Shown here: positions 26,738 to 38,270 of the stretch, piece by piece
How positions within the stretch are numbered: the first letter of the stretch is position 1
How the letters are laid out: every line of letters begins with the position of its first letter
Source of the DNA: Camelus ferus
Lineage: Eukaryota
DNA: 64,000 bases
Assembly: GCF_009834535.1 (NCBI RefSeq)
Contig: NC_045697.1
Coordinates: forward strand, 97,962,001 to 98,026,000
Reading direction: 5' to 3'
Position numbers and translations under genes: made by a program
The notes under the pieces: generated by a model
The model's database searches: none
What the model was told of the DNA's origin: nothing
What the model saw: the letters and a program-made list of their open reading frames with translations, nothing else

Positions 26738-28407
26738 AGGCAGCTCTCTTGGGATTCAAGTAACATTTGATTATGAGCTACTTGAGAACAGAAATTGCGG
26801 CTTATTCCACATTAGATCTCTTTAACTGGCCATACACCATTCAGTAGCAGTTTGTGGAATGAATGAATAAATGAATGAGCACTGTATTGGTGCTACTATT
26901 GCAATTGGAGCAATCATGTTCATCATACTGCTAAGCAATTAGCCAAAGCACGGCTAATTAGCCAATACAATTAGCCAATACGGGGCTGAAGAGGGACTCA
27001 AGTCCAGCTACATCAGGCTCCAAAGCCCACCTTCCTGACCAGCCAGCACTCTATCTAAGTAAGTAGTACACTCACTGGAATGCTGAGTATGTTGTATTCA
27101 AAATATTAAAACCTTAATCTTTCGGTCATTTGTTCAAAAAGAATTTAATATCTGACAATTAGGGCACTAAAGTAAGCAGTAGAGGGGTTATAAAAAGTGT
27201 GACACCTGGTCATATATGCTTGAAATGCTTGCAGTTTTAACAGGGAAACAGCACAGATGCCTGAAATATTAAGGAGACTACAGGACATCATGCTAAATGT
27301 CAAATGAGAAACAGAGACTGCATTTTTCAGAAGAATTAAGAGAGCAAAGAAATACCATAAACCAGAGTGAACAGGAAATTAACTGTGGAAAAGACAGAAT
27401 TTAAGTTGACCTTTGAAGAGTAATATTCAGATTATCAGAAAAGAGTGGAAGGCACATCCCAGGCAAATTCTGGTTGTTAGAAAAGGAACAAAAGACTTCC
27501 TTATCATTATTTTGTTATAGCAAGTTTTACGTATTGCAGAATTGTTTAAAATGAGAACAGACCTAACAAAGAAGTAAACACTACTCTCAGCTCTCTGCTG
27601 AAAAAGGGACTCCTAGGACTATAAAAATCAAGATTAGTGTTAAGTCCATACTTATGAGCTCTACATTCGCCACTTAGCCACACAGGACAGGATAAAAGCT
27701 CACAGGAGCTCTCAGCTGTATATGTCTGATAAGTTTGCAGTAAGAGCAAGGTTCTACAGTTATTTCTGCTAAACTTTGCCGTCGGAATGTGCGAGTCACG
27801 TTTCAGGGGAGTAGTCTGCCTTAAGGAGCTGTGATACTCTCAACTTCTCATGTGATGTCATAAGTTTCCCACACAGTTGGAGGAAATTTGCTATTCAGAA
27901 TGACTTAGCATTATTCGGTTTGATTTTAAAACGAGATAATCAGGAAGAGGAACACATTCTTAAAACAATAAAATCAAAAAAGCTTTCTGCAATGGTAGTT
28001 CACTGATTTGTTTAACATGAGGATATAAGTCATTTATGACAAGTGAAATTTTGTTTCTTTGGAGAGTATAGAACTTGGCAACTTACTCAGCTGTTAAGAA
28101 CAGAAGTTTCCTAGTCACGAAACTGAGTAAACTAAAATAACTTCATGGCATAACCTCCAAGAAGGAAAAATGCCAGTTAATAGCATAATGTTTAATATTG
28201 TCTAATTACGATTTATAATCAAACAGAAGGTCTGACTCATCAAGGTAGATTTTGATGTTTCATCTCCTTTTCAGGTCAACATCCTTCCTGAAAATGTCAT
28301 AGAGAATAACTGAATATTAAAGAAAAGCAGCTGCTCTGAAACTTTGGCATGGCTGGCAAACTACTACTAGTGGCAAAAACGCATTAAAAACATTGAGTAG
28401 CTTACTT

Positions 28408-28803
28408 GCCAGAAAGAGAAAGAAAAATACCATATGAGATCGCTCATATGTGGAATCTAAAAACAAAACAAAACGAAACAAAACAAAAAACATAAACACA
28501 AAACAGAAATAAACTCACAGACATAGAATACAAACTTGTGGTTGCCAAGGAGGCGGGGGTGGGAAGAGAGACTGGGATTTCAAAATTGTAGAATAGATAA
28601 ACAAGATTATACTGTATAGCACAGGGAAATATATACAAGATCTTACAGTGGCTCACAGAGAAAAAAAATGTGACAATGAATACATACATGTTCATGTGTA
28701 ACTGAAAAATTGTGCTCTACACTGGAATTTGACACAACATTGTAAAATGATAATAAATCAATAAAAAATGTTAAAAAAACAAATGGATGAATGGCAAAAA
28801 AAA
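28408..28803 (+). mobile_element. Young 5'-truncated L1 3' end (camelid-type tail)
   Basis: gccagaaagagaaagaaaaataccatatg ... tgtgctctacactggaatttgacacaacattgtaaaatga ... aataaaaaatgttaaaaaaa. Flanked by ATTGAGTAGC at 28392-28401 and 28804-28813. Confidence 0.9.
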
Positions 28804-28809
28804 ATTGAG

Positions 28810-28881
28810 TAGCACAGGGAAATACATTTAATTTCTTGTAATAACATGTAATGGAAAAGAATCTGAAAAGAATATATACAT

Positions 28882-28930
<49 letters not shown>

Positions 28931-29038
28931 TATATATATGTATGTATATCTGAATCACTTTGCTGTACACCTGAAGCTAACATTATAAAGCAACTACACT
29001 TCAATAAAACATTTTTTTAAAAATTGGAAAAAAAAAAC
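28810..29038 (+). mobile_element. Older artiodactyl-type L1 3' end with internal (TA)n/(CA)n microsatellite
   Basis: tagcacagggaa ... atggaaaagaatctgaaaaga (TA)n tgaatcactttgctgtacacctgaa ... caactacacttcaataaaa, followed by an A tail. Confidence 0.85.
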
Positions 29039-29212
29039 ATTAATTGAGAAAGGTGTTTCATCACAGATTTCATGTCCTGAAGTAGCCATGTTTACCACAT
29101 AGTCCCATGACATGCACATTTCTAATTACTTAAAAATAATCAAGATAATTCAAGAAAGGGAATAACAAAAAGGTTTATTTTTTTCTTAATTCTTTTCTAT
29201 CTAGGATCTTAC

Positions 29213-29339
29213 CGTATTATGAGCAGTTCCACCCAGACTCGCACAAAAGCTGGTAATGGGCCAAAGACTTCCAGGATGTATGTGTAATGACCGCCAGATT
29301 TCTTTATACTGGTTCCCAATTCAGCATAGGACAAGGCTC
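29213..29339 (-). CDS. SLC7A11: SLC7A11 exon 2, 127 nt
   Basis: Acceptor TTTCACAG|, donor CG|GTAAGA. Translates (G)[41 protein letters not shown](R), containing the SLC7 signature YAELG..I.KSGG.Y.Y. In frame with exon 1. Confidence 0.98.
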
Positions 29340-30054
29340 CTGTGAAACATTTATAATGAAAAGGTGCAAAGTTAAAATATCACCAAGTCATCCAGCAGTA
29401 GAATGGATACAGCAACGTTTATGTTGCATGAGATGTTATTACATTCTTTGGTCTGAATGACATCACTTTTTCAAAATAAATAACTGTCATCCAATTCCTA
29501 AGAGCCTCCGAATTCCTCTTGTAACTTCCTCGTATTTGAGATCTAGTTAATTCTATTCAAACAATGCAATTTTACTTGAAATGGTAAAGACAAACTTTAA
29601 AAACAATATATTACTGAGAATTTTGAATCTCAACCTTAAGAACAAGGGACTAAGAAAAGAAGATAAAATAGATGCTAATCCTTATTTTTCAAAGAACATA
29701 ACTTCTCATCAAGGAATTATCCTAAATTGACCTCATTATCATTATATTGAGAATCCTTTTAATAAATGATATTTCTGTGGCATACCAGAATAAGTAAGAT
29801 TTATCTGCTCTCCCAGAAAAGCATGGACTCAAGGCCTTGCAAGGCTTCATGTCATTTTTAGGATATGTTTTGTTTGTCAACAAAATGAATTTTGACTCAG
29901 ATATTCTATTTTTAGGAAAGTTTTTCTTGGATGTCTTTCAAGTATACACTCTGGGCGGTTGAAACAACATACTTCTTAAAAAGGGGTGCTATAACATTTA
30001 TGTACATTAAGTAAAATGAATTATAAACCAAATTTTAACATGTAGCAATAAAAC

Positions 30055-30230
30055 TCACAAGGACTTGCACAAGTTATGTAACTTCCCCAAACCTCAGTTT
30101 CATCCTCTGTAAAATAAAGACCTCAACCGTTATCTTATAAGGGGTTTGTGTGTATAAATGTGCAAATGGGTGTCAAGGACAGCACTGGGCGTGACACACA
30201 GAAAGCACCTCATGAAATACAGTTGCATCT
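30055..30230 (+). mobile_element. MIR fragment
   Basis: acttgcacaagttatgtaacttccccaaacctcagtttcatcctctgtaaaat. Confidence 0.75.
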
Positions 30231-30439
30231 ACTCATTTAAGCAATTAATTCTCAAGAAAATGAAAAAATATACCTTGATATTATGTGAAAAGTTCTATCC
30301 ATGCTGCTAAGAACCCAAAGGTAAGGTGTAACTTTTACCTGAATTACTCTGGAGATGAAAAGTATAGGAAATTATTACTACTCAGTAAAGCTTCAGGTAG
30401 ACCTCTCCAATGTGAATATAATTTAGATAATCAGCAAAA

Positions 30440-30678
30440 TCTTAGTGTCACTTATCCTATTCCTGAACCTACCAGTGTATCAGAGTCACCTGGGAAAATT
30501 TTTTTTATTTAAAAACAAACAGAAAACAAATGCTAAGACCATACCCCAGACCTACTCTCTAACCAAGAGAAGCCAGACTCTCCCATAGAAGCATTCAAGA
30601 AAACCTGTGATTTTAAAATTCACACAACTAATTCTAAAGTAACAAGTCTACAGATTGATATTTGGGGATCACTGATAC
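30440..30678. mobile_element. MER5-like hAT element fragment
   Basis: atcagagtcacctggg ... tgctaagaccataccccagacctact ... tttggggatcactg. Confidence 0.6.
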
Positions 30679-32878
30679 AGTTTGTCTGTTTATAACTGAT
30701 TGTAATTAGTTGCAGTTCACTCTCTGCTGGAAACCATTCGCCATGCTAGTTGACTGTACAGAAAAGCATCTAATACAAAATATTATTGGAAAGAGTCTTA
30801 ACTACCTCAGAATTTATCGCCAGAGAATCAATCCCTAGTCCTGTGTATACTTTGCTGAAACTCCAGGATGGTTATCCCAGGTTTAAATTGAGTTCTGGAC
30901 AAATGAAATTTTCATTTAAAGGTCTCAAACTCCATAACCACTTTCCCCAGATGAAAAAACTTCAAAACAGGATGTCAAACATCCATGTATTAACCCTGGC
31001 TTTAAAATAGGTTGTAAACCAAATATACAAATTCTTTATTTTTAGTTCCAGAATTCTATAGTTTTAAGATGATGACATTTTTTTCTCTTATATTTTGCTT
31101 TGCTTCCTGTTAGGAATGCACTCCTGTCAAAAGTTCCCAGTAACCTAAAAGACAAGTGCAATGAAAATATAGATAAGTACATTAGTTCAGGAACACACTC
31201 CCTACAATTAGTAATCAAAGAATACCAACTCAGTGTAAGTTTAGCTAGTCCCTTTAGCTTTTTTGTTAACTTCTTGAGATAATATAATTATGCAAAAGCA
31301 TATTTTCATAGTACAAATCTGCATCACTTTAGCTTAATGCTCAGAGCCATTCACTTTATTATGTATGAATAACCATTTATTGTGTACAAAAGTGGAATCA
31401 CATAGTGGGAGCTGCCTGCACATAGTATGCAAAATCCAGGAAACTGATGAAGGTTTCTCCTAGTAGATATTGACTTATTCTGAGTATACCAAGTGTTGTG
31501 GACAATTAAAGGCTGAGGGTGCACAGAGTCATTTAAGAAGATCAACAATTAAGTTTCTCTTTGTCTATAAACATGCACGCCACACCATATGAATACCACT
31601 AACTCTTTGTAAACACTTAAAAATAGAGTAGATTTTTCTATACTAAGCCTTTGTTTCAACAAGTTTGATTTAAAATACCTTCTTCCTAATAATAGGAATT
31701 TGAGTTTTCTAGATGAATGCTCAAACCAATGCATTAAAACATGGCAAGGCCTTAAGAATAAATGAGTTGGTACATGTAGGACCAAGAGTTAGTACTTGGT
31801 CCTGGAGTTAGGACAAAGACTTAGTAACTTTAATGTCCAATATCTCTTGGAATCAAAGCACACTATTTGCCAAAGAAGAGCAAATATATCTCAGACATTT
31901 TTCACATAGCATAAATAAAATTTAATTTTCTTGACCGTTCACCAGTTTTTGTCACCTTTACAACTAAATCAAGTAGCTTTCTAGTAATTTTCCCACCTCA
32001 TGAGGGGGCATTTATTACCTCTTTACTATAGAGATCTAGATTTTGAAGAAAAATTAAGAATCATACTTCTTCTACCAGTTCTGCTGAGACTAACTCAGTG
32101 AACAGGTGGACAGATTGTCTGTGTCTCTGGAGGCCAAGTGAACTCTTAATGAAGAAAACAGACCTGGGCAAACACAGCAAACGAACACCTAATTCCAGTT
32201 TTACAGTTTAGATTGTAGAAGTTTAGAGGTACTGGGGAGAGATCAAAGGTTGAAAAAATGTAAAATATGCTCGGACACTTGCACTATTCTCACTTATGAC
32301 AGAGGTTAAATTATATGCCATCACACTTCTTTCCACGTCAGGGACTTTTCAAGGAATATCAGAAATTGACAAGCACACAACGTTAAAAAATTAAAAAGGA
32401 AAAGACTGCTACCCGTTTGTTTTGCCAAATAAAAAGTCAGTAAAAACTTCTGCTGAACACTCAGTTCTGTGTCTAAATAGGCCACACCGGGTTTCACTTC
32501 ACAGGTGTTTCATTCAGCATGCCAGCTGCCAAGATGCCCCAAACAGACGTAACTGAGCACAAGTGCCTGGGACAGAAAGCTCAGTGTATTTTACTGGGTC
32601 ATCAAAGTTAGCTTTGGTGCTCATGGCCACAGGGAAAAGTCAGACGATAATCTGTTTTAGGAAAAGAGAGCACAGCCTACAGGAAGCAATTTCAGGGAAT
32701 TCAGGATTCTGCCAACAGTGGACACTGCGTTTGTATAGTTCACATACCTCACCAAAAATCCGAAAACTGAGGGTACCCTTTGCCATTCATTCCCTCCTGA
32801 GAAATTCCCTTCTGCTCTCCCAGAGAGCAAACTGCCCAGCTCCACAGACACACCCCCAGAGAAGCAGCTGCAACTCAC

Positions 32879-33155
32879 CAAACAGTGACAGGACCCCACA
32901 GACCGTCCAGATAACCAGAGACAAGCCCACGCTGCCCGTGTTCTGGAGGATGCCCTTGGGAGAGATGAAGATTCCTGCTCCAATGATGGTGCCGATGATG
33001 ATGGAGATTCCTCTCAACAGAGTGATTTTCTTCTTGAGCACAACTCTCTCCTGCCCAGGTGGCTCCTTGCTGCCCAGGGAAGGCAGCCTCCCTTGAACAT
33101 TCCCCTGCAGGTAACCTCCACTGGAGATGGTGGACACAACAGGCTTTCTGACCAT
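32879..33155 (-). CDS. SLC7A11: SLC7A11 (xCT) coding exon 1, 277 nt
   Basis: ATG at 33155 in strong context (GCAATGG). Translates [92 protein letters not shown](G), the xCT N-terminus with the LAT-family TM1 IIGAGIF motif. Donor G|GTGAGT at 32879/32878. Confidence 0.98.
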
Positions 33156-33441
33156 TGCAGGGACCCACGTGTGAGGAAACAGGAAACAGAGGGAAAAAAA
33201 TAAAGCCCACAAACTTTCAACTTGGATGCCTCTTGGTGTGACTGATCGATCTCCCGTTTGCTTTCAGATTCTTTCTCAGTGCTAGTGTGCTCACAGGTAA
33301 GACTCTAAGGTGTATTTTCGCCTTCAGCAATCTAATTACTCCTCAGGAACACCTGTGCGTTCGTTCATGGTGCTCGGGTCCCCCACCTCCCCGACTACCT
33401 CTGCTGCGGCGGCTGCGGCAGCTGCCCTATCATTACAGACC
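33156..33441 (-). other. SLC7A11: SLC7A11 5' UTR (exon 1); TSS inferred near 33441
   Basis: Minus strand begins GGTCTGTAATGATAGGGCAGC followed by a GCA/GCC-rich run, resembling the human mRNA 5' end as I recall it. It starts about 25-30 nt downstream of a TATA-like TTAAATA. Confidence 0.75.
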
Positions 33442-33464
33442 AGCTCAGCTTCCTCGTGGGCTGG

Positions 33465-33471
33465 TATTTAA
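33465..33471 (-). promoter_or_regulatory. TATA-like box (TTAAATA)
   Basis: Plus-strand tatttaa, 24-30 nt upstream of the inferred TSS. Confidence 0.7.
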
Positions 33472-33509
33472 GCTCCTGCCTGTCACACCAACTTACTCTA
33501 GCTAGATGA

Positions 33510-33536
33510 TGATGCAAATTCTCCAGGTTTGCATCA
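33510..33536. promoter_or_regulatory. Inverted pair of amino-acid response elements (ATF4/CEBP sites)
   Basis: TGATGCAAA (33510-33518), a 9-bp spacer, then TTTGCATCA (33528-33536). This matches the known architecture of the mammalian xCT promoter. Confidence 0.93.
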
Positions 33537-33553
33537 GCCACATGAGAAGTCTC

Positions 33554-33567
33554 CAGCATTACTCAGC
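33554..33567. promoter_or_regulatory. Proximal ARE/EpRE-like (NRF2-sMaf) element
   Basis: cagcaTTACTCAGC is a one-mismatch TGACnnnGC core directly upstream of the AARE pair. xCT is an established NRF2 target. Confidence 0.65.
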
Positions 33568-33569
33568 TC

Positions 33570-33616
33570 TTTTTTTTTTTTTTTTTTCCTTTTTTCTTCT
33601 TTTTTTTTTTTTTTTT
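33570..33616. repeat. Interrupted poly(T) tract in proximal promoter
   Basis: T18-CC-T6-C-TT-C-T17, read directly from the sequence. Confidence 0.95.
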
Positions 33617-35622
33617 AACACTAGCAGCAAGTTGCTCAACTGGCCAAAGCTTTCAGAGAACAAAGCACACACTTAAAAGGGATCTTAACCAATCCAGAAG
33701 GAGTAAATTCGGAACAGACCTTCCCAGAGATTTAAAGCAACTCCTAGTGAGGGAAAAAAGAGCTTCACTCGAAAAGAAAATGAAAAATGAAACAGGAAAT
33801 GATCACTGCGTTGTGCAGAGTTTCTTTTTATCTTTAACTGAAGTATAAAACCATTTCTACAAAATTGTTTTGATCATAGAAAGTTACCCAAAGCTGCATT
33901 GTTTATGACAACAAAATTTAGATTTCATAATGCTTCTTGCTTATTTGAATTTCTTTTTACTTTGGGTTTCCTAGCAACAGTCAGATCTAATATTTACAAA
34001 GATAGAATGATTCTGTATAGCTGCTATCATGCATATAACAATTGTGAGCCTTACATAACATTAAAGACAAAAATTATTTCTTACTACCTAAATAAACCAA
34101 TACTTAAAATCACCATCTGAGTGTGACTACTTCAAAAATTAGTGACTCCAGAAAATAGCCATTTTCTGATTCTCATTAGCACAAGATAATCTCCTAAACT
34201 AAGAGATATACTCTCCATTTACATTTTGTTCCATCAAATGACCAAAAAAATCTAATTTCAAAATTAAGCAATGTTTACCATGGCATAAAAGTATGCATAT
34301 AACAAAGGCTTGAAAAGGGATACTCAGAATAAAATTGTGGACGTTGATCATGTTACATATGATTTTTTTCTAACGTGCATCAACTATCATTTCATTATAA
34401 TTATAAATTTAAAGTAAATTAGAAATGTAAGATAAGATTAAAATAGTTACTTTAAAACAGTAGGAAAACCAAACATTCTTCAACTCTATTAGCTTTCTTA
34501 ATCAAGTGCCCATAAAACAAATACCAAAAGAAAAGAAATCCTGGATATCACTTTTGGCTGTGGTTATAGGTGGTTTTGGATTCAGTGAGATTTGGATGTT
34601 ATCATTACCCTGAAGCTACGTTTACAAACACTATTAAGTATGCTTCTAAACATCTGAGCAAAAACAACAGGCAGAAAAACTTGTGCATGAGAGGTGAGGA
34701 TGAGAGGGAGGGGTCAGGATGATACAAGAAACAGCCAGAAAGTAGCACGGAGAAGTTCAGAACATTTTCTGTTGTGTTAGCACCTGAGAAAATTACACCA
34801 CATCAATGTTCCAGCATCCAAATAACTAAGACTACATCATTTCCTTTCTGTATTATCTACCTAAACCCTACATAATCTGCTTTGGGTATACCAAGTTGGG
34901 GTGTTTTTTAAGTTAAAATAAATACTTTTTCCCAGCTGCATGTCTTTCAAAAAATAAAAATAGGTAGTTTTCCTCAATCTTATTGAAACTCCTAAAAAAA
35001 GGAAGCTAAAGAAAGATTCTTATACTTCTCTTCTTCCTCCATGTCCTTCATTCACACAATTCTCCCGATTAATACACATATTGAAGAGAGGAAAAGTGTA
35101 CAAGGAATAGCCCCTACTCCTTAAAAGCATTTCATGAAAGAAAGAGATATGCTATATTGTGGTAGCTTCCCTTTTCTGGTAATCATTTCTGTCTCATGAT
35201 TATAAATATGGCCATATAATGAAAGACCTGGCCAAAACTAATCACCTCCCCAGCTGCAGGGCATAGGAATGTGGCCTGAACTGGGATATTTCTAAACAGA
35301 ATTAGATTTATCTTTTTTTCATCTGTTGGAAGTTGTAAAGATGTGACCCCAGAACAACTGGGGGTCATGTTCCCAGCCATATTGAGAAAATCCTCACGAA
35401 GTAAGACTATACAAAGAGAGATACATAGAAAGTGCCAGCATCATCATGCCCTGTTTTAGTTCCTAAGGAACCCAGACTGGCTCTGGCTCCCCAAGGTCTT
35501 CCTTTAATTCTATAAGCTACCTAGTGTCCTTACTACGTGTGCTACTTCATGCTACCACCCCCGCCTCTACCCGCAAACACAACTGCACATGGATAGCACA
35601 GTTAAATGTAAATGGCATGTCA

Positions 35623-35926
35623 TTAGAGCTTCTGAACTGGGTTCATATGACATATGACATATGACAGCCATTAGACACATGTGGTTATCAGCACTTGAAA
35701 TGTGGCCAGTCCAAACTGGGATGTGCTGTAAGTGTAAAATATCCACTGGAATTTGAAATCTTATTTAAAAACAAAAAAACAAAATATATCTCCTTAATAA
35801 TATTGTTATTCATATTAATTTCTCCAGTTTCATTATATTTTTCACGTGGCTACTTAAAAAATAACTTATATATGTGTTTCAAAGTTGTGGCTCACATTAC
35901 GTTCCTAATAAACAATGTTGATCTAG
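35623..35926. mobile_element. MER33/MER3-like hAT-Charlie element
   Basis: cagccattagacacatgtggttatcagcacttgaaatgtggccagtccaaactgggatgtgctgtaagtgtaaaata ... gtggctcacatta. Contains a small (CATATGA)3 slippage repeat. Confidence 0.75.
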
Positions 35927-38084
35927 GAGAAAACATTGACTATATTCCCCAATTTGGTGTAAGCAGGGATTTCTCAATAGGGACAAAGTACTAACCATAA
36001 AAGAAAGATACATTGGAATACATTAAAATTAACCATTCAGTTTACCAAAATACATGGTCAAGGGATTGTAAAACTGAATCATAAAATGGGAGAAGGTATT
36101 TACACCTGGCAAAGATCTCATATCCAGAATAAATAATAAATACCTGTAAATCAATAGAAAAGAAACAGATAACCCAGCATAAAATGAAATGGGCCAGAAA
36201 TTTGAAAAGACACTTGAGAAAATGGCCAATACATTGATGAAAAACTGCTCAACAGTATTAGTCATTAGGGCAATTAAAACTAAAACCACAAGGGAATATT
36301 AATTCCTGCCTTCACAGTAGCTCACTTGAGAAAGGCTGTCAGTACCAGGAATAGTAAAAACGTGGAGCAACTAGAACTCTTATATTCTGCTGCTGGTAGT
36401 CTAAATTGTTGCATCCATTATGCAAAGTTGTTTGGTAGTATCTACTGAAATTAAATATACACATACCCTTTGACCAATAAATCCCACTCCTACAAATATG
36501 CCCTATAAAAACACAGGACATTTATGTACTAAGACACAATTGAGAATATTTGTAGTAGCTTTACTTATAAAAGCCAGTACTGAAAATAACGCAAATTTAC
36601 ATAAACAGTAGAATGGATAGATGCATCATTATATTTATTCTGTGAAATATGACAAGACAATAAAATAGAATGAACAATAGGCTATGTGCAACAATACAGA
36701 TGACTCTCACATGTCAGAAGGCAGATTTTAAAAAATACATACTGCATAATTCAATCTATATAAAGCTTAAAAACAACTCTATGGTGTGAGAACTCTGATA
36801 GTATTTTTGAGGTATATGGATACTTGTGATTGAAGGGGTTAGAAAGGCAGTTCTGGGGTCCTGGTAATGTACTATTTTACAACCTGGGTACAATTACTTG
36901 TATCTTTTCACTTTGTGATAATTCACTGAACTATACACTTATATTTTTGTACTTTTCTATATTCGGGTGGAAGTTCAATTTTTTAAAAATAAGCATTTTA
37001 GTTGAAAGTGTATGGTATCCTCTCAAAAACAGATGAAGCAGACAAATAAGCAACACTATAGAAAATCTGAAGAGTATGATTAATAAATTTAGGACAGTTC
37101 TATTGAGAACTTCCTATCCACCAAACAGAAAATATAGATGATTTTAAAGCATATATAAAGCATTAACAAAAATGCCATGTCTAAAATACAAGGGAAACCC
37201 TAATAAGTTTCAAAATTAACATGCTAATGAAACACTCTTACCATAAAGCAGTAATCAAGTTAGAAATTAATAATGAAATTATAAAACCAAAAAATAAATC
37301 TTTTATGTCTGGAAACTAAAAAACATCCTATCAGTTTGTATTTAGTTCAAAGAAAAAAAATCAGGAGTAAGGAAAGTCAGAGTAAAAAGAGAAAATATTT
37401 CTAACAGCAAATTCTAATTATTTGCAAAGATAACTAACATATATAAAACAAGACAAAAATGAACAACAAACAGTCAGAAAATTAACTAAACAAAACAGAG
37501 AAAATACCTTAGTGAGTTGGAGCAAGTTTTTAAATAATAAAGAAATATAATGAACAACTATGTGCCAGTAATATGAAAACCTACAGTAAGTGGACATCTT
37601 TCTGGAAAACAAATAGATACTGAAACTGTATTAGAATAGAAAAAAATCAGCAAATAGAAAAACCGAAAAAATTTGAATAACCATTTAAGGTAGTAATCAA
37701 GGATACTCTTGGCTCAAAAAAACAAAACAAAGCAAAAGTAAGCTTTATTTGTTTTATAGATAAGGCCTACCAATTTTTAATGAAATGATCTTTTTCTTAG
37801 AGAAGTTATTTATTAGAATGAAAAAAGAAGAAAAACTATCCAACTCATTCTTTTGAGTCTAGTGTAGGAGTTAGCAAACTTTTTCTATAAAAGGCCAGAA
37901 AGTAAATATTCTAAGGTTTAAGGCCACACATAATCCATTCCCAAGGTGCTTCATGTGTGTGTGCATGTATTTGTTTTTTTTTATAACACTTTAAAAATGT
38001 AAAACTTATTCTTCACTCTTGTGTAGTTTGCCTACCTTTGGTCTAGTTATATCTTGACTGCAAACAGGATAAGGCCATAAAGTC

Positions 38085-38270
38085 ACTGCAATGGCTATGA
38101 CAGATGATTCTGTACATGATGTTTTATTAAAGCACAGACATGCTCACTTATTTTTATACTGTCTTTGGCTGCTTTCACATTGTAAGAAAAGTGAGTTGTT
38201 GTAACTGATTGGCCCAAAAAGTGGAAAATGTTTACCATCTGGCTCTTCGTAGAAAGTTTGCTGACCCTGG
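38085..38270. mobile_element. MER58-like element (a second partial copy at about 37865-38045)
   Basis: gtctttggctgctttcaca ... aaaatgtttaccatctggctcttcgtagaaagtttgctgaccctg. The second copy has ttagcaaactttttctataaaaggccagaaagtaaatatt. Confidence 0.75.

Noticed and set aside
26935..26980. Three AATTAGCCAA repeats (CCAAT/NFI-like cluster)
   Set aside because: Most simply explained as local slippage within a degenerate MIR-like fragment.
32563..33096. 177-aa plus-strand ORF (longest in the track)
   Set aside because: It is the antisense shadow of SLC7A11 exon 1 plus intron, with no recognisable domain and no independent evidence.
32787..33212. 141-aa ORF suggesting an N-terminal extension and different C-terminus for xCT
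   Set aside because: The track starts at a non-ATG codon in the UTR and reads through the exon 1 donor. The real coding segment is 33155-32879.
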